From NCBI GenBank assembly GCA_051294905.1, contig CM119372.1:18354001-18414000 (forward strand): a stretch of DNA of 60,000 nt. The letters run 5' to 3'. Below are positions 1 to 39,700 of the stretch, one piece after another. The stretch is from Botryllus schlosseri (Eukaryota). Position 1 is the first letter of the stretch; each line of letters starts with the position of its first letter. The notes under the pieces are model-generated. The model was given only the letters and a program-made list of their open reading frames with translations, did no database searches and was not told the DNA's origin. The translations under genes and the position numbers were made by a program.

Positions 1-23
1 CCGCAGTGACTGCGTGGTCTATC

Positions 24-512
24 TAGGGTTGCATTTAAAACAAAAATCTATCTAAAACAAACACGTTTAAAACAAGGCCCGTGCTGTATTTTTTTAAGCC
101 ATGCCGTCACGAATATTCAGTTGTGACGTCATAGTTGAATGACATTTACAATTAAAAATATAGGGTAAATATAGCTCCTTTGACAAAATAGGGTTCCAAC
201 CCCTGTCATATACGGACCAAAAATATTCTCAACCAGGACTGCATCGTCATGCAGCATGTTTCCGGTCGGCGGGCATCATAATCAGAACATTCATTCCCTA
301 GCAATGATCTATGTCTACGTACGATAGCTGTCGAACCGACTATTTCGAGGGTTCCAACCATTCCATATCGTGTGCGTCGGCAATTATGGCATAATTATAC
401 AAAAACTTATAAAAGACAATTTTTTAAAGGCCTTTGTTCAAAACGCTGTTTAAAACATGTTTTAGACAAAATGTTTTAAACAATCATCTGTTTAAAATGC
501 AATGCAACCCTA
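24..512. mobile_element. Non-autonomous hAT-type MITE, family 1 (TIR TAGGGTTGCA)
   Basis: Termini TAGGGTTGCA...TGCAACCCTA; degenerate 8-bp flanks GGTCTATC/CGTCTATG; diverged relatives at 35403-35969 and 47319-47737. Confidence 0.75.
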
Positions 513-640
513 CGTCTATGGTTGATTCAAAACACGGGCGTTCATATTCTTCACATACAAACGGCATAGCCGGAAAACCCCAGAAAAACTTGGTACCTGA
601 ATAGCCTATGTAGCCTATATACTTCTGACTTTGTCAGGAG

Positions 641-1167
641 TAGGGCTGGGCACAATGATTCGAGTACTCGAATCTGAATCGAGTATTAATTTTAATGATT
701 CGAGTCGAGTAGTAAAAGACGAATTTTTCGAGTACTGATATTATACGCTTCTCGCCACTAAAAGTTAATTTATCATCAAAAATTATACCGTCTATACTCT
801 TTTCCACTGTGGAAGCCATGAAACCTTAATTGTCCGTATTGCAGCATAGAAAACAGGGCATGAAGTACAAGTACAAAGCTACGAACGTTACTGGAAATAC
901 CACATTTCCGAAGTCATGATCATCCCACAACATTGTCACAAAGTGCAATGGAATCGGGATGGTCGAAAAATACCAAGTATGGTTAATGTGATGGATAGCA
1001 CGCATTATATTCTTTGTGGTGGCATAAAGAGGTACAAATTTGAACTTTAACATATTACATTCTGTTATGACGTCATAATGAGCGATACTCGAATACTCGA
1101 CTCGACTCGAAGCAAAATACGTGATTCAGAATCGAATCACTCAGGTACTCGAAAATGCCCAGCCCTA
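641..1167 (-). mobile_element. Non-autonomous hAT-type MITE, family 2 (527 bp, TIR TAGGGCTGGGCA)
   Basis: Perfect 8-bp TSD GTCAGGAG (633-640, 1168-1175); empty site at ~5459-5466; near-identical inverted copies at 2311 and 5778; TCGA-rich subterminal repeats. Confidence 0.93.
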
Positions 1168-1439
1168 GTCAGGAGCAGGGCGGCGCTCAACGGTTCAAGT
1201 ATCCACTTTTAGATCGAGTTACATCTTGACGAGAAAACTTACCCATTATCGGTTATACAATGATGTGATTTATAGGTGAGACGACTAAATGCGTCTTGAC
1301 CTTCGTCGCACGAGACTCGGAGATACATTGCATCGCAATGCAGGGGCATGCAGGGGCGATATAAGAGATCAACATTCTACATATCTTTCGCAGGCGGCAA
1401 AAACCGATTCAATCGTCAATTATAAATTTTATTCATAAC

Positions 1440-2255
1440 TAGGGCGGTTTTTTTTTGACCTAAAAAAAAGAAAATTTTGACCTAAAAATTCAAAATTTTG
1501 ACTTTTTTTGACCTAAAAAAACTGAATTTTGACCAAATTTTGACCTAACGTATGCAAATTAGGTGTTTTCCCAAATAATGTCAAAATTGTACCAGTTATC
1601 TACATTTCCGGTTGTAACTGGCTGTCCCAACGAAGTAGTTTGGCCTGAAAAAACGTTTTGGCTTAGAAACAGGCGACTTTGTACATATAGAAAACAATAT
1701 TTTAACGAAATCTGGCTCTATGAAGAATTCCAGTGGTTGCAATACGTATTATGGCGGAAATAATTTAAAAAAATTGTAGTACAACGAGAGATACTTTCCT
1801 ATATTCTTGTGTAAAAAGTGCATGTCCTTACTTGCCAAGGACGTTCAACAGCAGCAGTTGGCTGACAACACTCAAGTTGTGCAATGTGCATACACTACTG
1901 GTGACGCAATATGTTGCTTCATTCTGACAATGTTGTCTATTACAATTTTTCATCATGCGCTTCTCAATATAAGAATGATGCCCCAGTTAGGATATTGCGG
2001 TACGTTGACCATTGACCGTTGATGATTCAGTATGAGCAGACAATGCGCCGTGTACAACAGTAGGCCTATAAAGTAGACTACAAGCTGTAAAATCTCAAAT
2101 GATACGTTCACAGACACTGCAAAATCTATAATACAAACGAAATAAAGACGTCAAAAAATTTTTGACTTTATGAACAATTTTGACAAATTTTGACCTAACG
2201 CTACAATTTTGACAAAATTTTGACAAATTTTGACATGTCAAAAAAAACCGCCCTA
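1440..2255. mobile_element. Non-autonomous hAT-type MITE, family 3 (816 bp, TIR TAGGGCGGTTTTTTTTGAC)
   Basis: Perfect TSD TTCATAAC (1432-1439, 2256-2263); TTTTGAC subterminal repeats; empty site at ~5723-5730. Confidence 0.93.
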
Positions 2256-2310
2256 TTCATAACATAAGCGGAAAAAGTGACATTCCAAGATTTACCGCCT
2301 AGCTCATAAC

Positions 2311-2837
2311 TAGGGCTAGGCATTTTCGAGTACCTGAGTGATTCGATTCTGAATCACGTATTTTGCTTCGAGTCGAGTCGAGTATTCGAGTATCGCTCAT
2401 TATGACGTCATAACAGAATGTAATATGTTAAAGTTCAAATTTGTACCTCTTTATGCCACCACAAAGAATATAATGCGTGCTATCCATCACATTAACCATA
2501 CTTGGTATTTTTCGACCATCCCGATTCCATTGCACTTTGTGACAATGTTGTGGGATGATCATGACTTCGGAAATGTGGTATTTCCAGTAACGTTCGTAGC
2601 TTTGTACTTGTACTTCATGCCCTGTTTTCTATGCTGCAATACGGACAATTAAGGTTTCATGGCTTCCACAGTGGAAAAGAGTATAGACGCTATAATTTTT
2701 GATGATAAATTAACTTTTAGTGGCGAGAAGCGTATAATATCAGTACTCGAAAAATTCGTCTTTTACTACTCGACTCGAATCATTAAAATTAATACTCGAT
2801 TCAGATTCGAGTACTCGAATCATTGTGCCCAGCCCTA
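2311..2837 (+). mobile_element. hAT-type MITE family 2 copy
   Basis: TIRs plus perfect TSD CTCATAAC (2303-2310, 2838-2845). Confidence 0.93.
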
Positions 2838-3066
2838 CTCATAACCCCGTACACAGATTCAAAAAAGGATACTCATGAGTGATAAGAACACTTATATCGC
2901 GACGTTCGGATGGAATCGTTTTCCGATACATAAAATCCCACGAACTGTGATATTAATATATTATCTATACCGGTAAGAACTCACAGCGAGAAAGTTAGGC
3001 CACCACTGCAAATTTTTTTGCACTTTATCAATTTGCATGTATGTTCATATTGCATATGTTATTAGT

Positions 3067-3391
3067 TCATTCAAACAACAGTACGAGTAGTACACAACAA
3101 TGTACTAACACATGCAAGAAGCAGGAGTGCATTGTGACTCCTTGGTGCTTGTTTGTGCCATTCTCCGCATCAGGTCCTGATATCACGGTTACTTCTCCGT
3201 TGGTATGTTGCACAATCCACGCAATATAACTTCGGACACTTGTATAGGCACCTGGTCTGCGGGCAAGGGCACAGCCTATCCCGTAGCTTGTTATTCCTTG
3301 AAGGGCATAGAGCGATGTGTTGCTTGGTACAGGGCAGGCCAGGGGACCACCGCTATCACCTTGGCAAGAATCGATTCCGCCTGCTTCAAAT
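3067..3391 (-). CDS. Serine protease A, duplicated terminal exon 6b (catalytic Ser)
   Basis: AG acceptor; [19 protein letters not shown]...[21 protein letters not shown]...[11 protein letters not shown]; 325 bp as in paralog B. Confidence 0.8.
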
Positions 3392-3581
3392 CTAATGACG
3401 GAAATATTGAAATAGAATAGTGTATCGGGAATGAAACCGAAACGTTAACGAAATTGATTAGGACAGTCACACTGCAGTGTCCTGCCTGTGGACCAAGCAA
3501 ATCTCACGGCTCACTGCGTGACTGCAATCGGGTTACGTCATTCTTTTCATTTGACAAAAAGCATTTTAGGGCACTATTTGA

Positions 3582-4463
3582 CAGTGTTGGGATCAAAAGT
3601 CACTACCTTCGAGTCACGAGTCATCTCCAGTCATTGCACATTTTGACTCGAGTCAAGTCAAGTCAGTCGATTTCCGAAAGTGACTCGAGTCAAGTCGAGT
3701 CAAGTCAAGTCACGATTCAAGTCAAATTTTCGAAATATGAGTGGTGATGCAAAGTCATTACATTTTGCTAACTGGGTGGAAGACGGATTGTTTGGCCATT
3801 TATTTTGAATCAAATAACGAATACAAAGTTAAATATACATGCAAAAAGGCATTGATCGCTCACGCACGCTTAGAACTTATAATAAAATGCGTGAGTAACT
3901 GCGTATAGCTACATGCTACAGTCTGTTATTATCAAACAAAATAGTGGATCGAATATGAAGCTTCGAGAAGTCGAAACAAATTGATATGGCACACTACCCA
4001 TCTACACACCCGCGAGAATATATTAACGCATAAACTATGTTCGTTCAATTTCATTTATACAAGAGGGTTGGTAAAGGTGAGCAATGCGTAATGTAAGCAC
4101 TGAGACGTCTAAGAAACATATATACGTTGCTATTAGATTAATCTACCACTACGACAACGTAAGCTGTGATTGTTTCGTTCGCGGTCAGTGAATGACTGGT
4201 TGCCCTCACAAGTGACATCAACGTACCGCGAACAATCCCAACATACATAAGATAGGGTGATTTAATCGTTACCGTTTACTTGATGACTTGAAATTGACTC
4301 GTACATTTTGCTTCGAGTCACGAGTCAATTGACATTTTTGAAGCACCGAGTCAAGTCAAGTCAACTCATTTTTGCAAAGTGACTCGAGTCAAGTCAAGTC
4401 ATATGAAAAAGTTGACTCGAGTGTGACTAGAGTCAAGTCATGACTAAAGTCATCCCAACACTG
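3582..4463. mobile_element. Non-autonomous hAT-type element, family 4 (TIR CAGTGTTGGGAT)
   Basis: 12-bp TIR; TSD CTATTTGA/CTATTTGG; GAGTCAAGTCAAGTC subterminal arrays; copy at 7049-7930. Confidence 0.88.
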
Positions 4464-4829
4464 CTATTTGGACTGGCTTGCTGAGCGCAAATGTGGTAAA
4501 TCGGTATCAATCGAAAGCTACCGCGGTACTGATTGCAAAAATAAATAAAAATTATTCTGCTCATGGTCATTGGTATTGTGACGCAACAAGGCCGTCTGAG
4601 ACAAGATGCCGCAGCTAGGCAGCAAGTGAGGAGCGGCGCAAACCGCAAGCGTATTGACCATTGTTGCGCAAGCGATTGAGCATTAGCACTTTCGCTGCGC
4701 GCTTGCTATGAAAAAAATGGCTCAAAGCTCCAGTTTCTCACCCCTGGCCCCCTATGGTATATACCTTATATGATAATATATGCCGGGAATATAGCTACAT
4801 TATCCTGTAAAAGTTGAATGGTGACTTAC

Positions 4830-4950
4830 CCAGCGCAGATATGATCGTTGGTCACTGTTACTGAGTAGGTGGAGTACCAGCTATTGCAGGTAGACAAGCC
4901 GATAATATCTACCTCCGCGTAACGAATTTGAGCAAACGATGTTCCCGTTC
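4830..4950 (-). CDS. Serine protease A, duplicated exon 5b
   Basis: AG/GT bounded 121 bp; GTGTSFAQIRYAEVDIIGLSTCNSWY...NDHICAG; same as 23374-23494. Confidence 0.8.
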
Positions 4951-5777
4951 CTGTTACAGACACATGCAAGGAAATTCTATTATACAGTAGTAAAATTTCG
5001 AGGTTATGCAAATAAATTAGGAAGCGTTCGGAAGTTTTTTACTATCCACAATTTATTTTATAGCAGCACTGTGAACTAATTTCCTTTAATGGAATTGCTA
5101 TATTCGCACGCCAGCAGCCTCGGTTCGATAAGTCTATCTGCATACAATGGAGAGTAACGAATGAAAGTGGGCATATCCACAGACCTCTTCGAACACGAAT
5201 GAAATCAGTTTATTTTCATTGGTACCATCGCAATAATTTTAATGGTGGAGTCGATAAGTAACCACAAGAATATCGACTAAGGAAGCATACACACACACTC
5301 AGCACCGTCAATTTTTTGTCCAGCCAATAGCGTAGCGCCCAACGCCTGGCGGAAAAGTCATGTAACGGGCGTTCATATTCTTCACATACAAACGGCATAG
5401 CCGGAAAACCCCAGAAAAACTTGGTACCTGAATAGCCTATGTATATACTTCTGACTTTGTCAGGAGCAGGGCGGCGCTCAACGGTTCAAGTATCCACTTT
5501 TAGATCGAGTTACATCTTGACGAGGAAACTTACCCATTATCGGTTATACAATGATGTGATTTATAGGTGAGACGACTAAATGCGTCTTGACCTTCGTCGC
5601 ACGAGACTCGGAGATACATTGCATCGCAATGCAGGGGCATGCAGGGGCGATATAAGAGTTCAACATTCTACATATCTTTCGCAGGCGGCAAAAACCGATT
5701 CAATCGTCAATTATAAATTTTATTCATAACATAAGCGGAAAAAGTGACATTCCAAGATTTACCGCCTAGCTCATAAC

Positions 5778-6304
5778 TAGGGCTGGGCATTTTCGAGTAC
5801 CTGAGTGATTCGATTCTGAATCACGTATTTTGCTTCGAGTCGAGTCGAGTATTCGAGTATCGCTCATTATGACGTCATAACAGAATGTAATATGTTAAAG
5901 TTCAAATTTGTACCTCTTTATGCCACCACAAAGAATATAATGCGTGCTATCCATCACATTAACCATACTTGGTATTTTTCGACCATCCCGATTCCATTGC
6001 ACTTTGTGACAATGTTGTGGGATGATCATGACTTCGGAAATGTGGTATTTCCAGTAACGTTCGTAGCTTTGTACTTGTACTTCATGCCCTGTTTTCTATG
6101 CTGCAATACGGACAATTAAGGTTTCATGGCTTCCACAGTGGAAAAGAGTATAGACGCTATAATTTTTGATGATAAATTAACTTTTAGTGGCGAGAAGCGT
6201 ATAATATCAGTACTCGAAAAATTCGTCTTTTACTACTCGACTCGAATCATTAAAATTAATACTCGATTCAGATTCGAGTACTCGAATCATTGTGCCCAGC
6301 CCTA
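5778..6304 (+). mobile_element. hAT-type MITE family 2 copy (duplicate of 2311-2837)
   Basis: TIRs and TSD CTCATAAC. Confidence 0.93.
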
Positions 6305-6533
6305 CTCATAACCCCGTACACAGATTCAAAAAAGGATACTCATGAGTGATAAGAACACTTATATCGCGACGTTCGGATGGAATCGTTTTCCGATACATGA
6401 AATCCCACGAACTGTGATATTAATATATTATCTATACCGGTAAGAACTCACAGCGAGAAAGTTAGGCCACCACTGCAAATTTTTTTGCACTTTATCAATT
6501 TGCATGTATGTTCATATTGCATATGTTATTAGT

Positions 6534-32510
<25,977 letters not shown>

Positions 32511-33194
32511 ATAGCTTTCCTTTGGACATCAGTTCGATAAATTACTCACTGAATCGTCGGCTGCAGGCCTGTAGTTCAGAATACGGACAAAGTAACTAGA
32601 ACAATGAAGCCATTACAACGGAGCGAGTCGGATATCATCGTGCGACGTTTCATTCGGAATGTAGCGTAAACTTTGTAAAAGGTCATTCTTCTTTAAATAA
32701 AACCGAAGTGCATTGAACAATGTACGTACACGTACACATTATCAGCGATGCCTGACATTTGAACATTTTTCATCTTTAGGGCTGGTACGTTTCAGCGATT
32801 CCGAAACGATTACAACGATTACCCCTGACGAGTGTCAGCCGAAAATAATCGGGTTCATTTCAATATGAATATTTGAATATGCTATTCAATCGTATTTTGA
32901 AGTTCTGTATCTCCAAGAAGCTCTTTAGCAACGTCTTTGCTCAGAAACCTAATCCTTGGTCTGGACATAGTTTGATGACATACTTTAAGGCTCAGACAGA
33001 GTGTGGAGCATTCGAACCCTGCGATGAAAACATATAAATCTTAAAGGCTACTCCAAGTTGTTTCGAAACCTTCCTATCTTTTCATTGTATCGCAGTCTTG
33101 CGATGTTTTGAAACGATGAAAATATTAATAAACCTGATTGATTGATTGAGACCCTAGTTTTTCTCGAAAGTATTCTGTAACTGTGTATTCCAAG

Positions 33195-33630
33195 TAGTGC
33201 GGAGCGGATCGACAAATTCTCTGGTCCGGCTCCGATCCGGTTGTTCAATTCTCTGGTCCGGCTCCGATCCGGCTCCGGCCGTCTCAGGAAAAGTACTGAT
33301 CCGGCTCCAATCCGGTCCGGCCAAAAATGAAAAAGTCCGGCCAGAAATCCGGCCCTACTCGGTACGGAGGTTCCGTGAATTGATTAATATGCCTCGTTTA
33401 TGTTCACACTGGCTTGGAGGTTACTTACGTGTGGTTGGTTGGTAGTTATATAGTTATATAAGTCATGCTTATCCATAAAGATTCTGGCCGGATCAAAAAA
33501 GTAGTGATCCGGCTCCGATCCGGCTCCGGCCGTAACAGAAAAAGTACTGATCCGGCTCCGATCCGGTCCGGCCAAAATTGTAAAAATCCGGCCGGATATC
33601 CAATCCAGCTCCGGTCCATGCTCCGCACTA
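33195..33630. mobile_element. hAT-type MITE (TIR TAGTGCGGAGC) with ATCCGG/TCCGG subterminal repeats
   Basis: Perfect TSD ATTCCAAG (33187-33194, 33631-33638). Confidence 0.9.
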
Positions 33631-33864
33631 ATTCCAAGACCACTAATGTCTTGATTGGGCTTCATAAGAATTGTAATTACGTTGGCAATTTCTTTTCCAA
33701 GTCGTATCCATGCGCCTGAATGCACTTTTAGGAGCGCTGAGATGCCTCTATGCGCCTTTGGAACTATATGCACTCCAGCAATGTTCCCATCGGTTTGATT
33801 TATTTAACACATACAACAGTGGTGTTTATCGCCTATTTAGTTCATGTACACCACGACCATGATA

Positions 33865-34166
33865 TTAGTAATGTTCACGATCTTTGCTTTCGTATTCTTT
33901 TCCGGATGACTTCCACACTCGCGCGCTCCCAACTTCAGTCTCTCTCACTTTCATGCATCCGGACTCGTTCTTTACTGCCGACTTCTTACTGGCGCGGCTC
34001 ACCATCCTACTGGGATTTTAGAGACACTGCAATGGCAGTGAGGTTAGCGATGAGGAGCCCAGATAACTCTCCGACACATAAAAGTTGGACCGAACCGGGA
34101 TTCGAGAACCACTGCCATCGGTTCCGTGACGCTGGCGCTTATCCAACTGCGCCACTCGCTTCCCCC
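33865..34166 (-). mobile_element. tRNA-derived SINE
   Basis: Head with A box TGGCGCAGTTGG and B-box-like GGTTCTCGAATCC; body alignable with 36064-36308. Confidence 0.7.
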
Positions 34167-35402
34167 GCAATGTTCCCTTTAATTTTTCACGAGTCTGTGG
34201 GCACTCACCAACTCACTGCGCGGTCCCTTTTACAACAGTAACGACTAAAAAATGGTCATCACTGTGAACTGCCAAATTACCCACTTTTCTCGTTCCTTTT
34301 ATGCTGTTGACTAAACAAAAAGGTCATCACGTCGGCTTTTTTGTGTGCGCTACACATTTTTTTCTGTGCGCGCGCAGACTTTAAAAGCAGTTGCTTTTGT
34401 AGATTTTATTTTAAATTCAGGTTGGATTTTTTCTTGTGCGAAGCTTTGATTTTCTGTGCGCAAAGAACGCGTCAGCACTGCGCAATTGCGCACGCGAGCA
34501 GCTTACAGAGAACAGTGCACTCCAGTTTATATTTCTTCGCGCTATAGATCGCTCATAGCATATACCCTGGAAATCAGCACCACCCCTATTCCCTTTGTCA
34601 TTAGCGCTAACCACGAAAGCGTAGACTGCTAGTTTTGTATGCTATCGTTTCGTCATCCAAATATATTTCCGAAGGGCCGAGTATCCTAAACTAGACTAGA
34701 CTATTCAAACGACATTGGTATTTTGCTATGATTCTGAAAAATGTGCTATGCCTCCACCATATATGTGAATTGTAAATCTCTCGTCGCGCTTTCATCACGA
34801 GTCCGTTGCTGACTGTCCGGCAGATTTTAATCGTCATCTGACATTCAATGAGTTAGCTATTCTGGTACTAAACGTCCATATTGAAGATCAATTGTTCATT
34901 TGATAAAGTCGATACTGTTTGAAGTCCTGAGGTTGCCAACATACGATATACGCCTTAACCCGGGCCAACGTTTTAGTTATCAGTGGCCTGTATATATACA
35001 TGTATAAATCCAAGAATATTATAATCAATTACCATCGATTCGTTACTATGTTTATCGGCCCTTAATTACAATGTTTGCAAGCAATATCATTGATATTATC
35101 ATCTCGTAGTTAAAATCTGCATTGCACAGTGTATGAGTATTCCTCCGACCAGGTTATTTGTGGTTACCGAATATATTTCAACCAAAATTTAAACTCACAC
35201 TCAGTTTATCCATATGTCCATATTCACACGTTCCAGACTAAGCTGAACTAGAAACCCCTTGGGCGCCGGTACTACACCATTCAAAATTGGTACTTCTTCG
35301 CGGGCCACACGAATTTGCTTTGCGTGCCCCAGATTGCGCACCCAAGCCCGAATAGATCGATATCTAACCTGTATCTTATAATTCTGCGGCAGCTGTTATA
35401 AC

Positions 35403-35969
35403 TAGGGTTGCATTTATAACTAATGGCGTTTCATAACACATTGTTTAAAACATGTTTTATACAGCGTTTTTAAAAAACGCTATTTTAAAAAGAACATAAT
35501 TGTCTTTTTTTGAAAGGTTTTATAATTACGCGATATTTGTGTAAATACCCTCGTAATAGCATATAGTATGCCGTATGCGCCTGCGGACGATTTGCCCCCG
35601 ATAAAGTCGACGTACACGATATGAAATAGTTGGTACCCTCGAAATCGTCGTCGGTATCGGTACAACAGCAGTTATAGATCATTGATACGAAATGGATGTT
35701 CTGATGATGATGACCGCCGATCGTAACATTCTGCATTACAGTGTAGAGCAGTAGACCTGGTCAAAGATCTTTTCGGTCCGTTTAAGACAGCCGTCGGAAG
35801 ACTTTTCGACAAAGGAGTCATATTTACCCTATATTTTCAATTATCAACAACATTCCACTGTGGCGTCACAATTAAACAGTCATGACTAAAAAAAACAGAA
35901 AATAAGGAATAAAATACATTTGTTAAACATGCTTGTTTTGAATTGATTATTGTTTTAAATGCAATTCTA
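35403..35969. mobile_element. hAT-type MITE family 1 copy
   Basis: TAGGGTTGCATTT...AAATGCAATTCTA; perfect TSD GTTATAAC. Confidence 0.85.
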
Positions 35970-36063
35970 GTTATAACTGTTCGTTGGTTACCATATGTTA
36001 TTATTATTTCACATTTAACGGTGGTGCTCCTCGCCTTTATCAGGCTATGTCGCGACATGAAGG

Positions 36064-36308
36064 TTTTTTTTGTAATGTTCATAGGTCCTTGTTAGCAGTA
36101 ATCTCGGGGACCACTTCTTCAATCTTTCGCTCATTCATACGTCAAACTCTCTCACATCCATGCGCCCCCGTCGTTGTCTTCGCTGCCGACTCGTAGCACG
36201 GCTCACTTTCGGTCTGGGCTTTTCAATGCACCGCAACCGCCCAGAGAAACCTCCACTGCCAATGGTGACGTGGCGATGGCGCTTAACCAACTGCGCCACT
36301 CGCTTCCC
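36064..36308 (-). mobile_element. tRNA-derived SINE, second diverged copy
   Basis: GGGAAGCGAGTGGCGCAGTTGG head; shared 3' TGAACATTAC followed by an A-tail. Confidence 0.65.
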
Positions 36309-36791
36309 TGGTTACCATACGCTCTCATAAGAGGATTTGTCCTCATTCCAAAAATTTTGAATGTCCTTCTTTTTCGCATTTCGTCCACCTTTATAGCCTT
36401 GAGGGTCAAGCAATCGTGAAGAACTAGAAAATGTTATAATATATGTGAAATTTGTTTCGATTAAAAGAAGGCAAACTCTAACCGATTATACGCGGGGACG
36501 GGTCTTTTTTAGACAACCAATAAATATTAGCAGTAAAATTCCCTGTATTAATGGATGCTACTTCATCTTTGTGACATGTACAAATTGTCCTCTTTTTCTC
36601 AGAATATGGTAACGGTGAAGCGAGAGCTCCGTTTATTGCGAGCGAAGTTAGTAACTGGCGAGTAAACGCATCAACCTGCATGCATTGAAAAGGGACGCGC
36701 AAACATTCACAAATTGGCAATCAAATAATCACACGATCGACGAGCGCGCCTTGTAGAGCCGCTACACCATCCCCTCCAGCGGCGGGGTTCC

Positions 36792-39700
36792 TCAGGAACC
36801 GTAGCGAGATGGAGGATGCCTGTTGCGTTTCGATCTTCTTGCATTTTGAAGATCGCGCGGTTGCTCGATCTCACTTGGTTGCCGCGGTGGTCTGCCCCGT
36901 CTTGCAGGTTGTGCTACTTCCACTGGTTCGTTTAGATCCATATACGCCGGCTTTAGACGATCGACGGACACCACTTCTGTTCTGCCGCCCATGGATAGCG
37001 TAAATGATTTCGTCGATTTCTTCAGAACCTTGTACGGTCCGTCGTAAGGTTTGGTCAACGGTGGTCGGTGTGCATCCTTTCGAATGAACACGTATGTGCA
37101 TTCTTTCAAACTTCCGGGAATTGCGGTTTTTGACGTGCCGTGTCGTGACATAGGACGTGGAAGGAGATTGCGAATCTTTTCTTGTAACGTTGGCAAATCC
37201 CGATGTGCGCTTTCTCCTGAAAAAGAAACAAAATCGCCGGGAACCGTCAATGGAGCACCGTACACAAGTTCGGCCGAAGAGGCGTCCAAATCCTCTTTGG
37301 GTGTTGTGCGGATGCCTAAAAGAACCCATGGTAGCTCATCCAGCCAGTTTGGACCAGTGAGTCTTGCCATAAGGGAACTTTTCAAATGTCGATGGAAGCG
37401 TTCCACGAGGCCATTGGCTTGCGGGTGAAAACTAGTCGTTCTGTGTAGGATCACGCCTAGTAGCTGATTGAGTTGGGCCCATAAATGCGAAGTAAATTGC
37501 GGTCCTCGATCGGAGGAAATGTGTGCTGGAATACCGAAGCGCGCCACCCAGTTGGCGATGGATGCCCTAGCGCACGTTAATGTCGTCGAGTCCTCCATTG
37601 GTATCGCCTCCGGCCAGCGAGTGAAACGATCTACTACTGTCAGCAGGTACGTTTTACCTTGTGACATTGGCAATGGTCCCACGATGTCAATGTTTACCGA
37701 CTGAAAACGAGAAGTTGTAGGTGGATAATCCGCTAGCGGTGCCCGGATGTGTGTGTGTACTTTAGCGCGTTGACACGGAACACATTGTTTTGCCCATAAT
37801 CCGACCTCTTTCTTCAACCCATGCCATACAAATTTTGATGCCACCAGTTTTCGTGTTGTTCTGATCGAAGGATGCGAGAGTCCGTGTACAACTTCAAAGA
37901 CTTTCCTTCGCCAAGAGCGAGGGACTACTGGACGTGGCGTACCTCTAGAAGTGTCGCAAAGCAAGGTAAGGCCGGCCGTTCCAAGCGGAACGTTTTCGAT
38001 GCGTAGATTTGATATTGCCGTACGATATGCTTGTACCTCCGGGTCAAGCTGGGCTTTCGCCATTGCCTCATAATCTAAGTCGAGTAACGGGTTCTGTACA
38101 TTAGAAATTGCAATTCGCGAAAGAGCGTCAGCTACACGATTGTTTTTCCCATCAATGTGCTGAATATCTGTGGTATACTCAGAGATTGCCGACAGGTGAC
38201 GTTGCTGACGCGCCGACCAAGGCTCTGATATCTTCGCAAATGCGAACGTCAGTGGCTTGTGGTCAGTAAAGGCTGTAAAGTTGCGGCCCTCAAGAAAATA
38301 CCGGAAATGTCGAATGGCAAGGTGCAGAGCCAACAATTCCCGATCAAAAGCACTGTACTTGAGCTCCGGTGGTCGGAGGTGTTTACTGAAGAACGCTAAT
38401 GGCCTCCAGCGTTGGTCTATGAATTGCTCCAAAACTGCCCCAACTGCGTATTGCGAGGCATCGACCGTCAAAGCAGTCTTTGCATCTGGTGAAGGATGAT
38501 GCAGAAGTGTGGAGCTGGCTAGAGCTTCTTTTGCTTTTGCCATTGCAGTGTCCATCTCAGTTGTCCAAAGTAGCGTTTTTGGATTTCCGGAAAGAGCACC
38601 ATAGAGAGGCATCATGATTTTCGCTGCCTCGGGTATGAATCGATGATAAAAATTGATCATCCCCGTAAATTCCTGAAGGCCTTTCACTGTTGTGGGCCGG
38701 GGGAATTTCAAAATTGCGTCTACCTTTCCGGGTAGTGGTTTAGCACCGTGATTATCGACCCGGTGGCCGAGGAAATCTATGACGGGTTTTCCGAACTGGC
38801 ATTTATCGATGTTTATGACCAGTCCGTGCTTGGATAGCCTTCCGAAAAGTTCGTGAAGATGTCGTTTGTGTTGCGAGAGCGATTCGCTCGCTACCAAGAT
38901 ATCGTCGAGGTAGACAAAGACAAAATCAAGTGACTGGCAAACCATGTCCATCATTCGCTGAAATGTCTGCGCTGCGTTTTTAAGCCCGAATGGCATGCGT
39001 AGGAATTCGAACAATCCGAATGGTGTGGTAATAGCCGTTTTCGGAATGTCATCAGGTGCGACGGGAACCTGATGGTAGCCTCGCACCAAGTCGATTTTAG
39101 AAAAGACATTTGATCCCGCGAGACGCGCGGTGAAGTCTTGGAGACGTGGGATGGGGTAACGGTCTGGTTGCGTGGCGGTATTAAGACGCCTGTAATCTCC
39201 ACAAGGCCGCCACCCTCCGGAACCCTTGGGCACCATGTGCAACGGCGAAGACCATTGGCTCGAAGAACGGCGGATGATTCCCAACTCTAGCATTTTATTG
39301 AACTCAGTTTGGGCGATGGCGAGTTTATCAGGTGGCAATCGTCTTGCACGAGAATGAATAGGCTGTCCGGTAGTTGAGATGAGATGCTCCACCTTGTGCT
39401 TGGGTTGTACATGCGTAAAATGCGGGGTAATAATCTCGGGAAATTCGGCTAAGATTTGCGCGTAGCAAGACCTTCCCGTGCTGACAGAATTAAGACCAAG
39501 CGAAACGTGTTCACTAATACCGAGAGGAACGCTGGTTAGGGAATGCAAATGAATAAGGCGATGGTGTTTGACATCAACCAGCAAATCTTGCGCCCTAAGG
39601 AAATCTGCTCCCAGCAACGGCTGGGACACGTCAGCCAAGGTAAATTCCCAACCATATTTGCCTGACGGGAAAACCAAAGAAAGACGCTTGGTTCCGTAAG

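Larger units (their letters stand above)
534..5364. repeat. Tandem segmental duplication, unit 1 (paired with 5365-23910)
   Basis: Near-identical to unit 2 apart from TE insertions; junction TGTA-AC-GGGCG at 5365-5366 shows 2-bp AC microhomology. Confidence 0.9.

Noticed and set aside
634..6311. Recurrent 75-aa and 61-aa ORFs (MLKFKF..., MASTVE...)
   Set aside because: They recur only because they lie in three copies of one MITE; no transposase motifs
34086..34166. Functional tRNA gene
   Set aside because: Disrupted T-loop and stems; continues into a SINE body shared with 36064-36308
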